This document shows, piece after piece, positions 1 to 10,646 of a stretch of 64,000 nt of DNA. The position numbers and the translations under genes are program-made. Under the pieces are notes generated by a model that was not told where the DNA came from, did no database searches, and saw nothing but the letters and a program-made list of their open reading frames with translations. Numbering within the stretch: position 1 is the stretch's first letter; every line of letters begins with the position of its first letter. The stretch is from contig CAWGIE010000026.1 in the NCBI GenBank assembly GCA_963822585.1, positions 128,001-192,000 of the forward strand, written 5' to 3'. Source of the DNA: an uncultured bacterium. GTDB taxonomy: Bacteria > Auribacterota > Erginobacteria > Erginobacterales > Erginobacteraceae.

Positions 1-1129
1 CGAAATCTCGGGCCTGGAGACCGTGCAGATTCTGAAGTATGCCGCCCGGGCTGTTCAGCTGGCCGGAGAATGCGGCGCCGGCGGATTGGAAGACCCGTTT
101 ACCTCATTGCTGGTCCGCGCTCCCAGTAATATCAGGCAGGTGGAGAACGGCGGCCGCGTCTATCGTGAGATGGCGCTTCCCTCCCGGGTCGACCTCCCGG
201 CCCTCGGGGCTCAGTATGGGATAGGGTCTCTCTTTGAAGATTATCCGGAAGAGGCGGAGCTGTATAGCTGCACCGTGAAGAAAAAATCGTACGAACGCAC
301 CCGGGCCGGCAAACGGGTCCTGGCGGTCGGTACGGCTCTACTTCGCTCCCGGACGACTCTGGAAGAGCAGGAGATCGATTTTGCCGCCCTCTACCTGGGT
401 GACAACACCCTGATGGGGGGCGTCCAGATAGCCTCCAAAGAACGGGGGCCGCAGGATTTCGGCCCCCGGATCAAGGACGCTTTTTGCAAGAGCGACCTCT
501 CCTCCATGATCCGGCTCATGGACAGTTACTTCCCCAACCGCATTATCGGCCTCGGGCAGCTCCTGGCGGACGAACGGCGAAAGCTGGTCGGCCGGCTCCT
601 GGCGGGGACGGTGGCCGAGGTGGAGTCATCCGTGAAGAAACTGGCCGAGTATCATTATCCGATCATCCAGGCCCTGCGGGAAGCCGGGCTCCCCCTGCCG
701 CCGGCTCTCTCCTGGACCGTGCAGTGCACGATCAACGCCGAGCTGCGCGAAGCCCTCGCCGCCGAGAGGCTGAATATCTCCCGCCTCCGGGAGGCGGTGC
801 AGGAAGCCCAGAACTGGCACTTTATCCCGGACAACGATCTGCTGGAGAAACAGGCCACCACCCGGCTCAACGAGCTGATGGACCGGTTCAGCCAGGCGCC
901 GGAAGACACCAGCCGGTTGACCCGGGTGGAGTCTTTTCTGAGAGTTCTGGATCCTCTCTCGGTCAAGATAACGTTATGGCACGCGCAGAACAGGTACTTC
1001 GCGATCGGGAAGGCTCTTCTCGATCCGCTGCGGACAAGAAAGGCCGACGGAGACCAGGCCGCGGTTCGCTGGCTCAGCCATTTCCAGAGGCTGGGAAGGC
1101 TCCTTTGGGTCAACCTCTTCCCGGGCTGA
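1..1129 (+). CDS. C-terminal part of DUF3536 / GH57-associated protein (5' end outside window)
   Basis: ORF open from the window edge; 'QILKYAARAVQLA...APSN' and 'LWHAQNRYF' resemble DUF3536 proteins. Confidence 0.65.
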   Translation, partial: EISGLETVQILKYAARAVQLAGECGAGGLEDPFTSLLVRAPSNIRQVENGGRVYREMALPSRVDLPALGAQYGIGSLFEDYPEEAELYSCTVKKKSYERTRAGKRVLAVGTALLRSRTTLEEQEIDFAALYLGDNTLMGGVQIASKERGPQDFGPRIKDAFCKSDLSSMIRLMDSYFPNRIIGLGQLLADERRKLVGRLLAGTVAEVESSVKKLAEYHYPIIQALREAGLPLPPALSWTVQCTINAELREALAAERLNISRLREAVQEAQNWHFIPDNDLLEKQATTRLNELMDRFSQAPEDTSRLTRVESFLRVLDPLSVKITLWHAQNRYFAIGKALLDPLRTRKADGDQAAVRWLSHFQRLGRLLWVNLFPG

Positions 1130-1132
1130 AAG

Positions 1133-2518
1133 ATGCGTCCCCCCAGAAACTTGACCGAGGGGAGCATAGTGCGGGCGATCGTTCACCTGGGGATACCCAC
1201 CATCTCCACCAGCCTGCTCCAGAGTGCGTTCAATCTGGTTGACATGTTCTTCGTCGGGAAACTCGGCCCCACCGCCCTGGCCGCCGTTACCACCAGCGGA
1301 ATCGTGATCGCTCTCCTGATAACGGTGGCGATCGGTATTTCGATGGGGACGCTGGCGCTGGTTTCCCGCTACTGGGGCGCCCGCTTGTTCAAGGAAGCGG
1401 CCCTGGTCGTGGGGCAATCGTTTTACGTCAGTCTCCTCCTCTCCGTCGGTTTCGGGCTGGGAGGGTGGCTGCTCGCGCGGCCGCTCCTTCTCTTTCTGGG
1501 GGCGCGGGGCGAGATGCTCGAACTGGCGGTGGTCTATTTCCGGATCATCAGCGCCGGGGCCTGGACGATCTTCATATTCGTAACCTTCAGCTCAGCTCTC
1601 AAGGGGATCGGCGACGCCTGGACCCCCTTCAAAGTGATGACGGTGGGGGTGGCGCTGAACTGTCTTCTCGACCCGGTCCTGATTTTCGGGTGGGCCGGCT
1701 TCCCAGCCATGGGCGTTCCCGGCTCCGCCCTGGCCACCATCATATCCCGGATAATCACCGTCGCGGCGATAACCTATTTCGCCTGCCGGGGGAAATCCCA
1801 CCTTGATCTTACCGGGGCTTTTAGCCGGATCCGTCTCCCTCTGATGGGGAAGATCATCCGGATCGGATTCTTCAGTTCCACCGAGATGCTGATCCGTTCC
1901 CTGACGATGATTTTTTTGCTTAAATTCATCGCCGTTTTCGGCACGGCCGCGACGGCGGTCTTCGGCATCGGCTCCCGGATCCGGGCGATCGTCATCATGC
2001 CGGGGATCGGGCTCGGTTATGCTTCGGGGGTCCTGGTCGGCCAGAATCTGGGGGCCGGAAGTCCCGACCGGGCGCGCCACAGCGCCTGGCTGACCTGGGG
2101 GATGTACGAGCTGGCGCTTCTGCCCGTCGTCGTCCTCCTGCTGCTTTTCCCCGGCGCCGTGGCCGGCATCTTCAATCGTGATCCCGGCGTGCTGGCGGAC
2201 GGAAAAGTGTTTATCAGCTATATCGCCGTCTCCTTCCTGTTTGTCTCCCTGACCCTGATCCTGGGGAAATCGCTTAACGGCGCCGGTGACACCGCGGGGC
2301 CGATGCTGATCACGTCCTTTTCCTGCCTTCTTCTGGTGGGTTATCTCTGGATCCGGCCCGCCGAACTGGAAAGAATCTGGCAGGCCATTCTGGGAGCGAA
2401 CGTCCTCAACGGACTGCTGATAACATGGTGGTTCAAACGGGGCCGTTGGAGTCGCCTCCGGTTCATGGCCGAGAGCCCGGTGCCGGATTTGCCTCCCCCT
2501 GATGAGGTTACCGCGTGA
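1133..2518 (+). CDS. MATE family efflux transporter
   Basis: 'LTEGSI', 'NLVDMFFVGKLG', 'GDAWTP', 'LDPVLIFG', 'GQNLGAG'; about 12 TM segments. Confidence 0.9.
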   Translation: MRPPRNLTEGSIVRAIVHLGIPTISTSLLQSAFNLVDMFFVGKLGPTALAAVTTSGIVIALLITVAIGISMGTLALVSRYWGARLFKEAALVVGQSFYVSLLLSVGFGLGGWLLARPLLLFLGARGEMLELAVVYFRIISAGAWTIFIFVTFSSALKGIGDAWTPFKVMTVGVALNCLLDPVLIFGWAGFPAMGVPGSALATIISRIITVAAITYFACRGKSHLDLTGAFSRIRLPLMGKIIRIGFFSSTEMLIRSLTMIFLLKFIAVFGTAATAVFGIGSRIRAIVIMPGIGLGYASGVLVGQNLGAGSPDRARHSAWLTWGMYELALLPVVVLLLLFPGAVAGIFNRDPGVLADGKVFISYIAVSFLFVSLTLILGKSLNGAGDTAGPMLITSFSCLLLVGYLWIRPAELERIWQAILGANVLNGLLITWWFKRGRWSRLRFMAESPVPDLPPPDEVTA

Positions 2519-4670
2519 GTGGTCCGGTCACGGCCCGCAGCCGTTGCTCGATGGTCGGATTATCCGGCGTGAGCGCCCGGGCGGCCAGCCACGCCTGCCG
2601 GGCCTTGGCCGGTTCTCCCGCCCGGTAATAGAAGTCCCCCAGAATCAGATAGGCGGTGGCGTTCTCCGGCATCAGCCGGAGTGCTTCCTGGAGGTGGCCG
2701 AGACTTCTCTCTCTTTCCCCGGGCAAAGCGCTGAGGATCCGTCCCAATTCCAGATGCAGTCTCCCGTCCTCGGGGGCGACGCGAAGCCCCTTTTCCAGCG
2801 CCGCCACCGACGCCGTCCGGTCTCCGATTTTATCATCCGCCGCGCTCAGAAAAAGATAGAATTCCGGTTGCTCGGGTTGAATGGAGATGGCTTTATTCAG
2901 GATCTTGACTGCTTCCTCGGCCCTGCCGTCCATGACCAGGAGCTTGGCCAGTCCCAGGTAAGCCCGGGTGTTGAAGGGGAGGTTATGGATGATCTCAAGA
3001 TATTTCAGGCGCGCCTTTTCCTTCTCCCCCCGCTGCTCATAAACCAAGGCCAGTGCCAGATGGGCGGAGTCGTAAAAAGGATCGCGCCGGATAGCCTCCT
3101 CGTACTCTTTTTCGGCCCCGGATAGATCGCCGAGCTTGAAGAGGATGTTTGCCAGATTATAATGGGCTTCCGGCCGGTACGGCTCCAGTTGGAGTGCTTT
3201 CTCGAACTCGGCCCGGGCACGGTTCATGTCTCCTTTCTGCGAATAATAAGTGCCGAGATGGTTGTGGCCGGCGCCCATGTTGAGGACAAACCGCGGTTCC
3301 GTCACCAGCGACGGGTTCACCCAGACGACCAGAAGTGCCAGCGCGAAAAGGGAAATGATCATCCTGAACCAGTGCTTCCCCCGGATGTATTCCATCACTC
3401 GGAAGATCGCGTAGGCGGCGAAGAGCAGGAGAAAAGGAACCAGGGGGAGACGATAACGGGAGTTGACGAAATAAAGGAGGGTGGAGAAGATATATCCCGC
3501 GATGAAGAGGTAAAGAAGCAGGATCCGTCGCCGTATCCCCCAGCCCAGGATAAGACCCAGCAGAGAAAACGGAGCGATCACGCCGAAGACCAGGAGAGGA
3601 AGCTTCAGTATCGGGGCGATATCCCGGAAGAAATCGGGGTGAATCACGTCCGCGATCTCGAGGTTGTCCCAGAAGATCGTGAACTTCCGCCAGAGGAGGT
3701 GGATAAAGCGCCCGGGGTTCTCCTTGATGAAATCAAGGCCCTGATGGAACCAGAACGAGGAAACCTCGGACGGCTTGAGCGGCCGGCCCAGGGCTCGGCG
3801 GGCGATCTTCTCCGCGTCGTTCCGGAGGGTTGCCCCCCCGCTCCGCAGCAGGGGGGGAGGCTCAAAAACCCCGCGGGAGTGGGGATTGTTGCCGATAAAA
3901 AAGTTGATCCCCCCGTGCGCCGTCAGGGGCACGAAATCCTTCCCGACCTGCCAGTTCCGGAAGGTGACGGCCCCCATAATAACAAGCACCCCCGCCAGGT
4001 AAGCGCCCGACCGGGACCATCTCCCTCGTTCTCCCCGGAAACGCCAAAAAATCCAGACCACCACCAGAGGAATAAAACTGATGATGTGGGCGCTGGCGGT
4101 CGCGGTCAGGCCAACCAGCAGACCGGCCCCGAGCCACCCGGCCCAGCCGCCGGGCCGATCTTCCAACCGGGACAGGTAGAGAAGAACCAGGGCGTCGAGG
4201 AAGATGATCATGACCGGAGAGAGGATCGCCGAGTCATAGACGATCAGCCATCCGTACACTGACATTAAAAAAGCCGCCAGGAGCCCGATGCCGGTGCTGA
4301 AGAAACGCCGCCCGATCAGGAAGATAAGCCAGCAGTTGACGGTGCCCAGGACAACCTGAATGAACCTGGCCGCCTGGAGGTTGACGCCGGCAACGGTATA
4401 GATCAGCCCCAGAAAATACGGATAGAGGGGGAGGGCGAAAAACACGTCCTTTCCCAGCCAGTCTCCGCCGGCGATCCTGGAGGCCCAGTCATGGTAAGTC
4501 TTTGAGTCCTCGATGACCATGTCCGCGATGGGACTTTTCGCGATCTCATAGAAGAAAATGAACCGGAGAGAGAAGGCGAGGAGGAGGACGGCCGCCAGGA
4601 TAACGAACGGATTTTTCCAGAACCGCTCTTCCTCTATTTTGGCGGGAGGCTTTTTCCTGTCCTTTTTCAT
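2508..4670 (-). CDS. GT-C fold membrane glycosyltransferase (GT39/PMT_2-like) with C-terminal TPR repeats
   Basis: 'DSKTYHDWA', 'PLYPYFLG', 'GGINFFIGNNP', 'RYRLP', followed by TPRs such as 'AHYNLANILFKLG'. Confidence 0.8.
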   Translation of the reverse strand: MKKDRKKPPAKIEEERFWKNPFVILAAVLLLAFSLRFIFFYEIAKSPIADMVIEDSKTYHDWASRIAGGDWLGKDVFFALPLYPYFLGLIYTVAGVNLQAARFIQVVLGTVNCWLIFLIGRRFFSTGIGLLAAFLMSVYGWLIVYDSAILSPVMIIFLDALVLLYLSRLEDRPGGWAGWLGAGLLVGLTATASAHIISFIPLVVVWIFWRFRGERGRWSRSGAYLAGVLVIMGAVTFRNWQVGKDFVPLTAHGGINFFIGNNPHSRGVFEPPPLLRSGGATLRNDAEKIARRALGRPLKPSEVSSFWFHQGLDFIKENPGRFIHLLWRKFTIFWDNLEIADVIHPDFFRDIAPILKLPLLVFGVIAPFSLLGLILGWGIRRRILLLYLFIAGYIFSTLLYFVNSRYRLPLVPFLLLFAAYAIFRVMEYIRGKHWFRMIISLFALALLVVWVNPSLVTEPRFVLNMGAGHNHLGTYYSQKGDMNRARAEFEKALQLEPYRPEAHYNLANILFKLGDLSGAEKEYEEAIRRDPFYDSAHLALALVYEQRGEKEKARLKYLEIIHNLPFNTRAYLGLAKLLVMDGRAEEAVKILNKAISIQPEQPEFYLFLSAADDKIGDRTASVAALEKGLRVAPEDGRLHLELGRILSALPGERERSLGHLQEALRLMPENATAYLILGDFYYRAGEPAKARQAWLAARALTPDNPTIEQRLRAVTGPLTR

Positions 4671-4890
4671 GATCGTTGTTTCTGCTTGAATCCTTACACT
4701 GCCATTGGAAGGCTGTTCGAGTATAATCGATTGCGCTCTATTTTAAATTATAAAAGTGATTATCTCTATTTTTTCCCGGGGCTTCATACCGGGAAAAAAT
4801 ATGTTGATAGAAAACTGTTCTTTGGTAGTATGGATTCCACCGCGGTAATCGGACCGCGAAAAACAATGATTAACCGGAGGGAATAGGCCC

Positions 4891-5430
4891 ATGAAGAGAC
4901 AGGCGATAGTAGCTTTGGCCTTCCTGCTCCTGCTGGCGGCGGTTCCGGCCGCCCGGGCGGAGTTCGGGATCGGCGGCGGGATTTATTATAACCGTCAGCT
5001 GGGAGATCTGAAAAACGATAAAAATTTCGACAAGGATTTTGTCTCCTACGTCTTTTCCCTCAAGTACCAGTTCGCCGATATCCTCGGCCTGGAGGGAAAT
5101 CTCGATTACTACGACGGCAACGATACGATCGATTATACCCTGCGGCCGATGGGGACCGCGGTCCTCAGTATCCCGCTGCCCATATTCGACCTTTTCAATG
5201 CCGGGGTAGGGATCAATTCCACCTATACCAAGTACAAGGAAGCGGGAGGCGGCTCAACGGACAAGTGGTCGGATTTGAGCTATCACTTTAAAGCCGGTGT
5301 TCAGCTCCCGATCGCCGACATTCTCTGGATCTGCGGTGACTGCTATTATTTCGTCGACAACCTGAAAGATATCGAGGATTTTGATTCTGATCTGCTCACT
5401 TTTGGAGCCCGGGCGCTGCTCCGGTTTTAA
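4891..5430 (+). CDS. Outer-membrane beta-barrel protein (8-stranded type)
   Basis: GGAGG RBS, signal peptide (ARA), alternating beta pattern, C-terminal Phe ('FGARALLRF'). Confidence 0.75.
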   Translation: MKRQAIVALAFLLLLAAVPAARAEFGIGGGIYYNRQLGDLKNDKNFDKDFVSYVFSLKYQFADILGLEGNLDYYDGNDTIDYTLRPMGTAVLSIPLPIFDLFNAGVGINSTYTKYKEAGGGSTDKWSDLSYHFKAGVQLPIADILWICGDCYYFVDNLKDIEDFDSDLLTFGARALLRF

Positions 5431-5491
5431 GAGAGACTGCCCGGATAAAAAATGTCAACCAGGCCCCCAGGGCCGGAAAGGAGGTAGTACC

Positions 5492-5683
5492 ATGGCGTTA
5501 AGTGATCCGCTCCAGTTTTATGATGTGAAGGCAAAGGGAAAAGTCAGCATCCCTCTCTCCCAGGTCCGCTATGAAGAAAGAAAAGGCAGGGGTTTTGCCG
5601 TGGCCAAGTCCCCTAACGGGAGCTATGACTGCTGGCGAGTCCTCGGCAAGGCTGACGCCGAACAGCTGAAAAAGATGAAGTAA
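5492..5683 (+). CDS. 63-aa basic protein resembling crenarchaeal chromatin protein CC1 (Cren7/CC1-like)
   Basis: AAGGAGGT RBS at 5478-5485; MALSDPLQFYDVKAKGKVSIPLSQVRYEERKGRGFAVAKSPNGSYDCWRVLGKADAEQLKKMK. Confidence 0.6.
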   Translation: MALSDPLQFYDVKAKGKVSIPLSQVRYEERKGRGFAVAKSPNGSYDCWRVLGKADAEQLKKMK

Positions 5684-5741
5684 TCCCCCCTCCGGTTCGC
5701 GGGCAAAGGAACCGGGAAGTCTTTCTCATCTTGTGTGGTAT

Positions 5742-5771
5742 GCAAGCAGGGTAGGGCTCTACCCTGCTTGC
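5742..5771. terminator. Stem-loop downstream of the small basic protein, possible terminator
   Basis: GCAAGCAGGGTAG-ggct-CTACCCTGCTTGC; a T-rich tract follows about 7 nt later. Confidence 0.45.
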
Positions 5772-5920
5772 TGCCTCTTCTTATTATTTTTTCTGCGAAA
5801 AAATAAGAGATGGTAATGATTCGGTCGATCTAGATCGCATGCCTGTGGTGATCGATCTTGGTTGTGGCGAGAAATATCTTTCGCGGCGTTTCTCCAGGGG
5901 AATAATTTTGTTTAAGCAAC

Positions 5921-5982
5921 GGACTCCCCCGACTGAATCAGTCGGGGGAGTCCACTAAATTAGCGCCGGAGGCGCTAATTTA
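5921..5982. repeat. Two adjacent perfect hairpins; the second is a GCGCC-GGA-GGCGC REP-like unit abutting the ndk start codon
   Basis: GGACTCCCCCGACTG-aat-CAGTCGGGGGAGTCC (5921-5953) and TAAATTAGCGCC-gga-GGCGCTAATTTA (5956-5982). Confidence 0.85.
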
Positions 5983-5984
5983 TT

Positions 5985-7160
5985 ATGACTATTGAACTGG
6001 CAGCCGTATGGATTAATCCGTACACCATAAAAAAATCGCGGACCGGAGGGGTAATCGCCCGTCTGCTTTCTCTCGGCTCAGGTGAACTGGTGGCCGCCCG
6101 GATGTTTTCTCCCAGTCAGGAGCTGGCGGAGCAATACTGTCAGCTCATCTCCCTCAAGGGGTCCGAGGAATCGATAATGGTCCGGGAGCAGATCCGTTCC
6201 TATCTGCTGCGTAATTGGGTCGCCGTAAAAGGGATGCGGGAGAAGCCCCGGGTGATGATGCTTCTCTTCCAGGGAGAGAACGTCACCGCGCATCTGAAAC
6301 AGCAGGTGGTCGGACATATCCACCGCGAGTCCGTCTCCGGCGAGACGGTCCGGGATACCTACGGTGATTACATCAAAGACTGCCGGGGGGATATCGCCTA
6401 CTTCGAACCGGCTGTTTTTCTCATCCCCGAAGCAGCCGACGCGAAAGAAACTCTTAAACTCTGGGCCCGTTTTTCGGACAGTGACGGCGGATTACTCTTC
6501 CATTCCTGTATCTATCCCCGCGGTGTGAAGCCGGAGATAACTCTGGTCCTGATGAAACCCGAGAACTTCAAGGGGCAGAGCAGCCTGGCCGGGAACGTGA
6601 TGGACATCATCTCCCGGACGGGGTTGAGGATCATCGGGGCCAAGATCGTCCACATGAGCGTCGAACAGGCCCAGGAGTTTTACGGCCCGGTGGCCAGAGC
6701 GCTTCCGGAGAGGATGAAGCCGGAGATGGCCCGGGTCTTGAGACGGTGTCTGAACGACGCCCTGGATTTCCCCATCCCGGAACCGGTCTATGAAAAGATG
6801 GCGGACATGCTGAAAAATTTTAAGGCCCGCCACGAATTCAATACCATCATCCGGGGGATGACCGGGATCAACCCCGAAGATATCTCCGGCCTCCGGGCGA
6901 AAAGAGCTCCGGGCACGGAAAAATGCCTGGCCCTCATCTACCAGGGGGATCGGGCGATAACCCGGATCCGGAGCGTTCTCGGGGCCACCGACCCCACCAA
7001 GGCGGGGATGGCGACCATCCGCCGGATTTATGGCCACAGCATCAGCCAGAATGTCGCCCATGCCTCCGATTCTCCTCGTAACGTGAGCCGGGAGATGAGA
7101 ATAATCGGGATGGAGAAAAATGACCTGAAAACGATCATCAACAGGTTTTACCGCCGATGA
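5985..7160 (+). CDS. ndk: Nucleoside-diphosphate kinase, long tandem-domain form
   Basis: 'LVLMKPE', 'AQEFYG', 'LGATDPTKAGMATIRRIYG', catalytic 'NVAHASDS'; degenerate NDK-like N-terminal half. Confidence 0.8.
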   Translation: MTIELAAVWINPYTIKKSRTGGVIARLLSLGSGELVAARMFSPSQELAEQYCQLISLKGSEESIMVREQIRSYLLRNWVAVKGMREKPRVMMLLFQGENVTAHLKQQVVGHIHRESVSGETVRDTYGDYIKDCRGDIAYFEPAVFLIPEAADAKETLKLWARFSDSDGGLLFHSCIYPRGVKPEITLVLMKPENFKGQSSLAGNVMDIISRTGLRIIGAKIVHMSVEQAQEFYGPVARALPERMKPEMARVLRRCLNDALDFPIPEPVYEKMADMLKNFKARHEFNTIIRGMTGINPEDISGLRAKRAPGTEKCLALIYQGDRAITRIRSVLGATDPTKAGMATIRRIYGHSISQNVAHASDSPRNVSREMRIIGMEKNDLKTIINRFYRR

Positions 7161-8323
7161 AGATTTCCTCTCGTTTACAGCGGATATGCCCCTCTCTCAC
7201 CCTGGAAATCACCAGTCGGGCCAAGGCCCTGAAGAGGCAAGGGGTGGATATCGTCAGTTTCGCCGCCGGCGAACCCGACTTCGATACCCCGGAACACATC
7301 AGGGAAGCGGCTAAAGGAGCGATCGATGGGGGAAAGACCCGCTATACCGCGGCCCGGGGGATGCCGGAACTAATCGAGGCGGTGCGCGAAAAGTTCCGCC
7401 GGGACAACTCCATTGATTATCCCGCTTCCGGGATCATCATCTCCGGCGGGGCCAAGCACTCCCTCTTTAATGCCTTCCAGGCGGTTTGCGGGGAAGGGGA
7501 CGAGGTGATCATCCCTTCGCCCTACTGGGTGACCTATCCTGAGCAGGTCCGCCTGGCCGGCGCGGAGCCGGTCTTTCTGGAAACGAAGGAGGAAGAAGAC
7601 TTCCGGATCGATCGGGAACGGCTGATTTCCCTGATCACCCCCCGCACCAGGGTTGTGCTTGTTTCCAGCCCGGCTAATCCGACCGGAAGCGGCTACGGGA
7701 CGGATGATCTCGAGTTTATCGCCGAACTGGCCCTCAAACATGACCTCTGCCTGATCAGTGACGAAATCTATGAGAAGCTGGTTTTCGATGACTACCGGGC
7801 GGTTAGTATCGCCTCTCTGAGCGAGGAAGTCCGGGACCGCACCATCGTCGTCAACGGGGTCTCCAAGAGCTACGCGATGACCGGCTGGCGGATCGGGTAC
7901 CTGGGCGCCCCCGAAAAAGTGGCCGCGGCGATCTGTAGTTTCCAGTCGCACAGCACCTCCAACCCGACCACCCCCGCCCAGTACGCCGCTTTGGCGGCCC
8001 TGACTGGAAGCCAGGAATGCGTCGAAACGATGCGCCGCGCCTTTGAAGAACGGAGAAACCTGATGGTGGAACGGCTGAATTCTATCCCCGGCCTCCGCGC
8101 CACGATGCCCCGGGGAACGTTCTATACCTTTCCCAACATCAGTGCTCTGGGGAAACCGTCACTGGAGCTGGCCGCCGAACTGCTGGAACGGGCCCGGATA
8201 GCGGTTGTCCCCGGGGTGGCCTTCGGGGCCGACGGCAACATCCGGATGTCATTCGCCGACTCGACGGAGAACCTGATCAAGGGCCTGGACAGACTGGAAG
8301 AATTCGTCCGGGAACAGGGATAA
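7157..8323 (+). CDS. aspC: PLP-dependent class I aminotransferase (aspartate aminotransferase type)
   Basis: 'AGEPDFDTP', 'PANPTG', 'SDEIYE', 'SKSYAMTGWRIGY'. Confidence 0.88.
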   Translation: MKISSRLQRICPSLTLEITSRAKALKRQGVDIVSFAAGEPDFDTPEHIREAAKGAIDGGKTRYTAARGMPELIEAVREKFRRDNSIDYPASGIIISGGAKHSLFNAFQAVCGEGDEVIIPSPYWVTYPEQVRLAGAEPVFLETKEEEDFRIDRERLISLITPRTRVVLVSSPANPTGSGYGTDDLEFIAELALKHDLCLISDEIYEKLVFDDYRAVSIASLSEEVRDRTIVVNGVSKSYAMTGWRIGYLGAPEKVAAAICSFQSHSTSNPTTPAQYAALAALTGSQECVETMRRAFEERRNLMVERLNSIPGLRATMPRGTFYTFPNISALGKPSLELAAELLERARIAVVPGVAFGADGNIRMSFADSTENLIKGLDRLEEFVREQG

Positions 8324-8382
8324 CTGCGTCTATGGGGGGGTAAATAACGAGGGGAGTCGCCTAAACCATACCGTACTGGAGG

Positions 8383-8610
8383 AAATCCTAAATCCTAATA
8401 TCGAAATTCTAAATAATATCAAATGACCAAAATGATAAATTCAAAACAATCGCGCCAAGCGTCGCAATATTTGACCGTTTGATTTTCAGATTTGTTTTGG
8501 ATCTAGGTGGTGGCATTAGGATTTCGGTATTTGGATTTGGGATTTGTTTAGAATTTCGATATTCGGATTTAGAATTTGTTCAGGATTTAGATATTCTGAT
8601 TTAGGATTTG
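8383..8610. repeat. AT-rich 7-bp-periodic inverted repeat element (AAATCCT / AGGATTT family)
   Basis: Left arm AAATCCTAAATCCTAATATCGAAATTCTAAA; right arm TTTAGAATTTCGATATTCGGATTT; sibling at 30057-30201. Confidence 0.75.
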
Positions 8611-8617
8611 CCGACAG

Positions 8618-10563
8618 ATGGACTTAACCGTCGCGGAAAAGATAATCAAAGATCACCTCGTCTCCGGGAAGATGGTCCCCGGCGAGGAGATCGCCCTCCG
8701 GGTCGATCAGACCCTCACTCAGGACGCCACCGGCACCCTGGCCTATCTGGAGTTCGAAGCGCTTGGCATCCCCCGGGTCAAAACCGAACTCTCGGTCAGC
8801 TACGTCGATCATAACACCCTTCAGGCCGGCTTCGAGAATGCGGACGATCACCGTTTCCTGCAGTCATTCGCCGCCCGATACGGTATTTACTTTTCCCGGC
8901 CCGGCAACGGGATCTGTCACCAGGTCCACCTGGAGCGTTTCGGCCGCCCCGGCGCCGTTCTCCTCGGCTCCGACAGTCATACCCCGACCGCGGGGGGGCT
9001 CGGCATGCTGGCGATCGGTGTCGGCGGCCTGGAGATCGCCGCCGCTCTTTCCGGCCGGCCCTACTCCATGATCACGCCCGGAATTTTCCGGATCCGGCTC
9101 ACGGGTGTCCTCCCTCCCTGGGTCGTCGCCAAGGACATCATCCTCTCCGTCCTGGGGAAAATCGGGGTCAAGGGCGGGGTGGGAAAGATCCTGGAATATG
9201 CCGGTCCCGGGGTGAAGAGTCTTTCCGTACCGGAGCGGGCCACCGTCACCAATATGGGGGCGGAGACGGGGGCGACGACCTCCATCTTTCCCTCCGACGA
9301 AGAGACGCGACTTTTCCTGGCCCGGCAGGGGAGGGGAGCCGTTTTTCGGGAACTCGCCGCCGACCCGGGGGCCGAATACCGGGGGGAGCTGGAGATTGAT
9401 CTTAGCGCCCTGGAACCTCTCATCGCCTGCCCCCATTCCCCGGACAATGTCCGCCCGGTCCGGGAGCTGGCGGGGCGGGAGGTGCAGCAGGTTTGTATCG
9501 GCAGCTGCACCAATTCATCGCTCCGCGACCTGATGACCGTCGCCGCGGTCCTCCGGGGGAAGACGGTCCATCCGCGGACCAGTCTGGTCATCTCTCCGGG
9601 TTCCCGCCAGGTCCTGGAGATGATGGCCCGCCACGGTGCCCTGGCGGACCTGATCGCGGCCGGCGCCCGGGTCCTGGAGACCGCCTGCGGGCCCTGCATC
9701 GGGATGGGACAGGCCCCGCCCAGCGGCGGGGTCAGCCTGCGGACCTATAATCGGAACTTCAAGGGGAGGAGCGGGACCGCCGACGCGGAGGTCTTCCTGG
9801 TCTCCCCGGAGACGGCCGCCGCCTCCGCGCTTGCCGGTCGCATCGCCGATCCCCGGGAACTGGGGAAGGCCCCGGAAGTATCGCTGCCGGAATCTTTTCT
9901 CATCGACGACTCCCAAATTATCCCTCCTTCCCCGGAGCCCGGCACGGTGGCCGTTATCAAGGGGCCGAATATCTCTTCCCTTTCGCCCGGGGAACCGCTT
10001 CCCGATAGCATGAAGGTTTCGGTCTGGCTCCGGACGGGCGACAACGTCACCACCGACGATATCATGCCGGCCGGGGCGAAAGTCCTTCCCTACCGTTCGA
10101 ACATCGAGAAGATTTCGCGGTTTGTCTTCGCCTCCATCGATCCCGATTTTGTTTCCCGGGCGCGCGCGGAGGCGGAAAAAGGTCTCCGGGGGCTGATCGT
10201 GGGGGGGAGAACTACGGTCAGGGATCGTCCCGGGAACACGCCGCCCTGGCCCCGTATTTTCTGGGAATCAGGGCTGTTCTTGCCCGGTCCTTCGCCCGCA
10301 TCCATCGTTCCAATCTCATCAACTTCGGCATCCTTCCCCTCGTTTCCCCGGAAGGGGAGTCGGGGGACGGCCTGGAAACGGGGGACGAACTCTCGTTCCC
10401 CTTCCTCCGCCGGGAGGTTTCGGAAGGGAACACGGTCACCCTGCGTGACACCACCCGCGCCCTAGATTATCGCCTGCTTCTGAAGGTCACGGAACGGGAA
10501 AGGAATATTCTTCTAGCGGGCGGTCTCCTCAACTCAATCATCCGTTCCGGCTCCGCCACCTGA
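8618..10563 (+). CDS. Aconitate hydratase (single chain, ~648 aa) with a 1-bp frameshift in G7 at 10201-10207
   Basis: 'DQTLTQDATG', 'GSDSHT', 'IGSCTN', 'CGPCIG', 'TTDDI'; adding one G restores 'GGENYGQGSSREHAALAP...FARIHRSNLINFGILPL...LLAGGLLN' to TGA 10563. Confidence 0.85.
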
Positions 10564-10646
10564 TCCGGCCGAGGGCAGTGATCGTCCTTCCCATCCCACG
10601 GGTATCCTTCTGCCTCGATAGTTCCAAAACGTACAAAAAAGGATAA

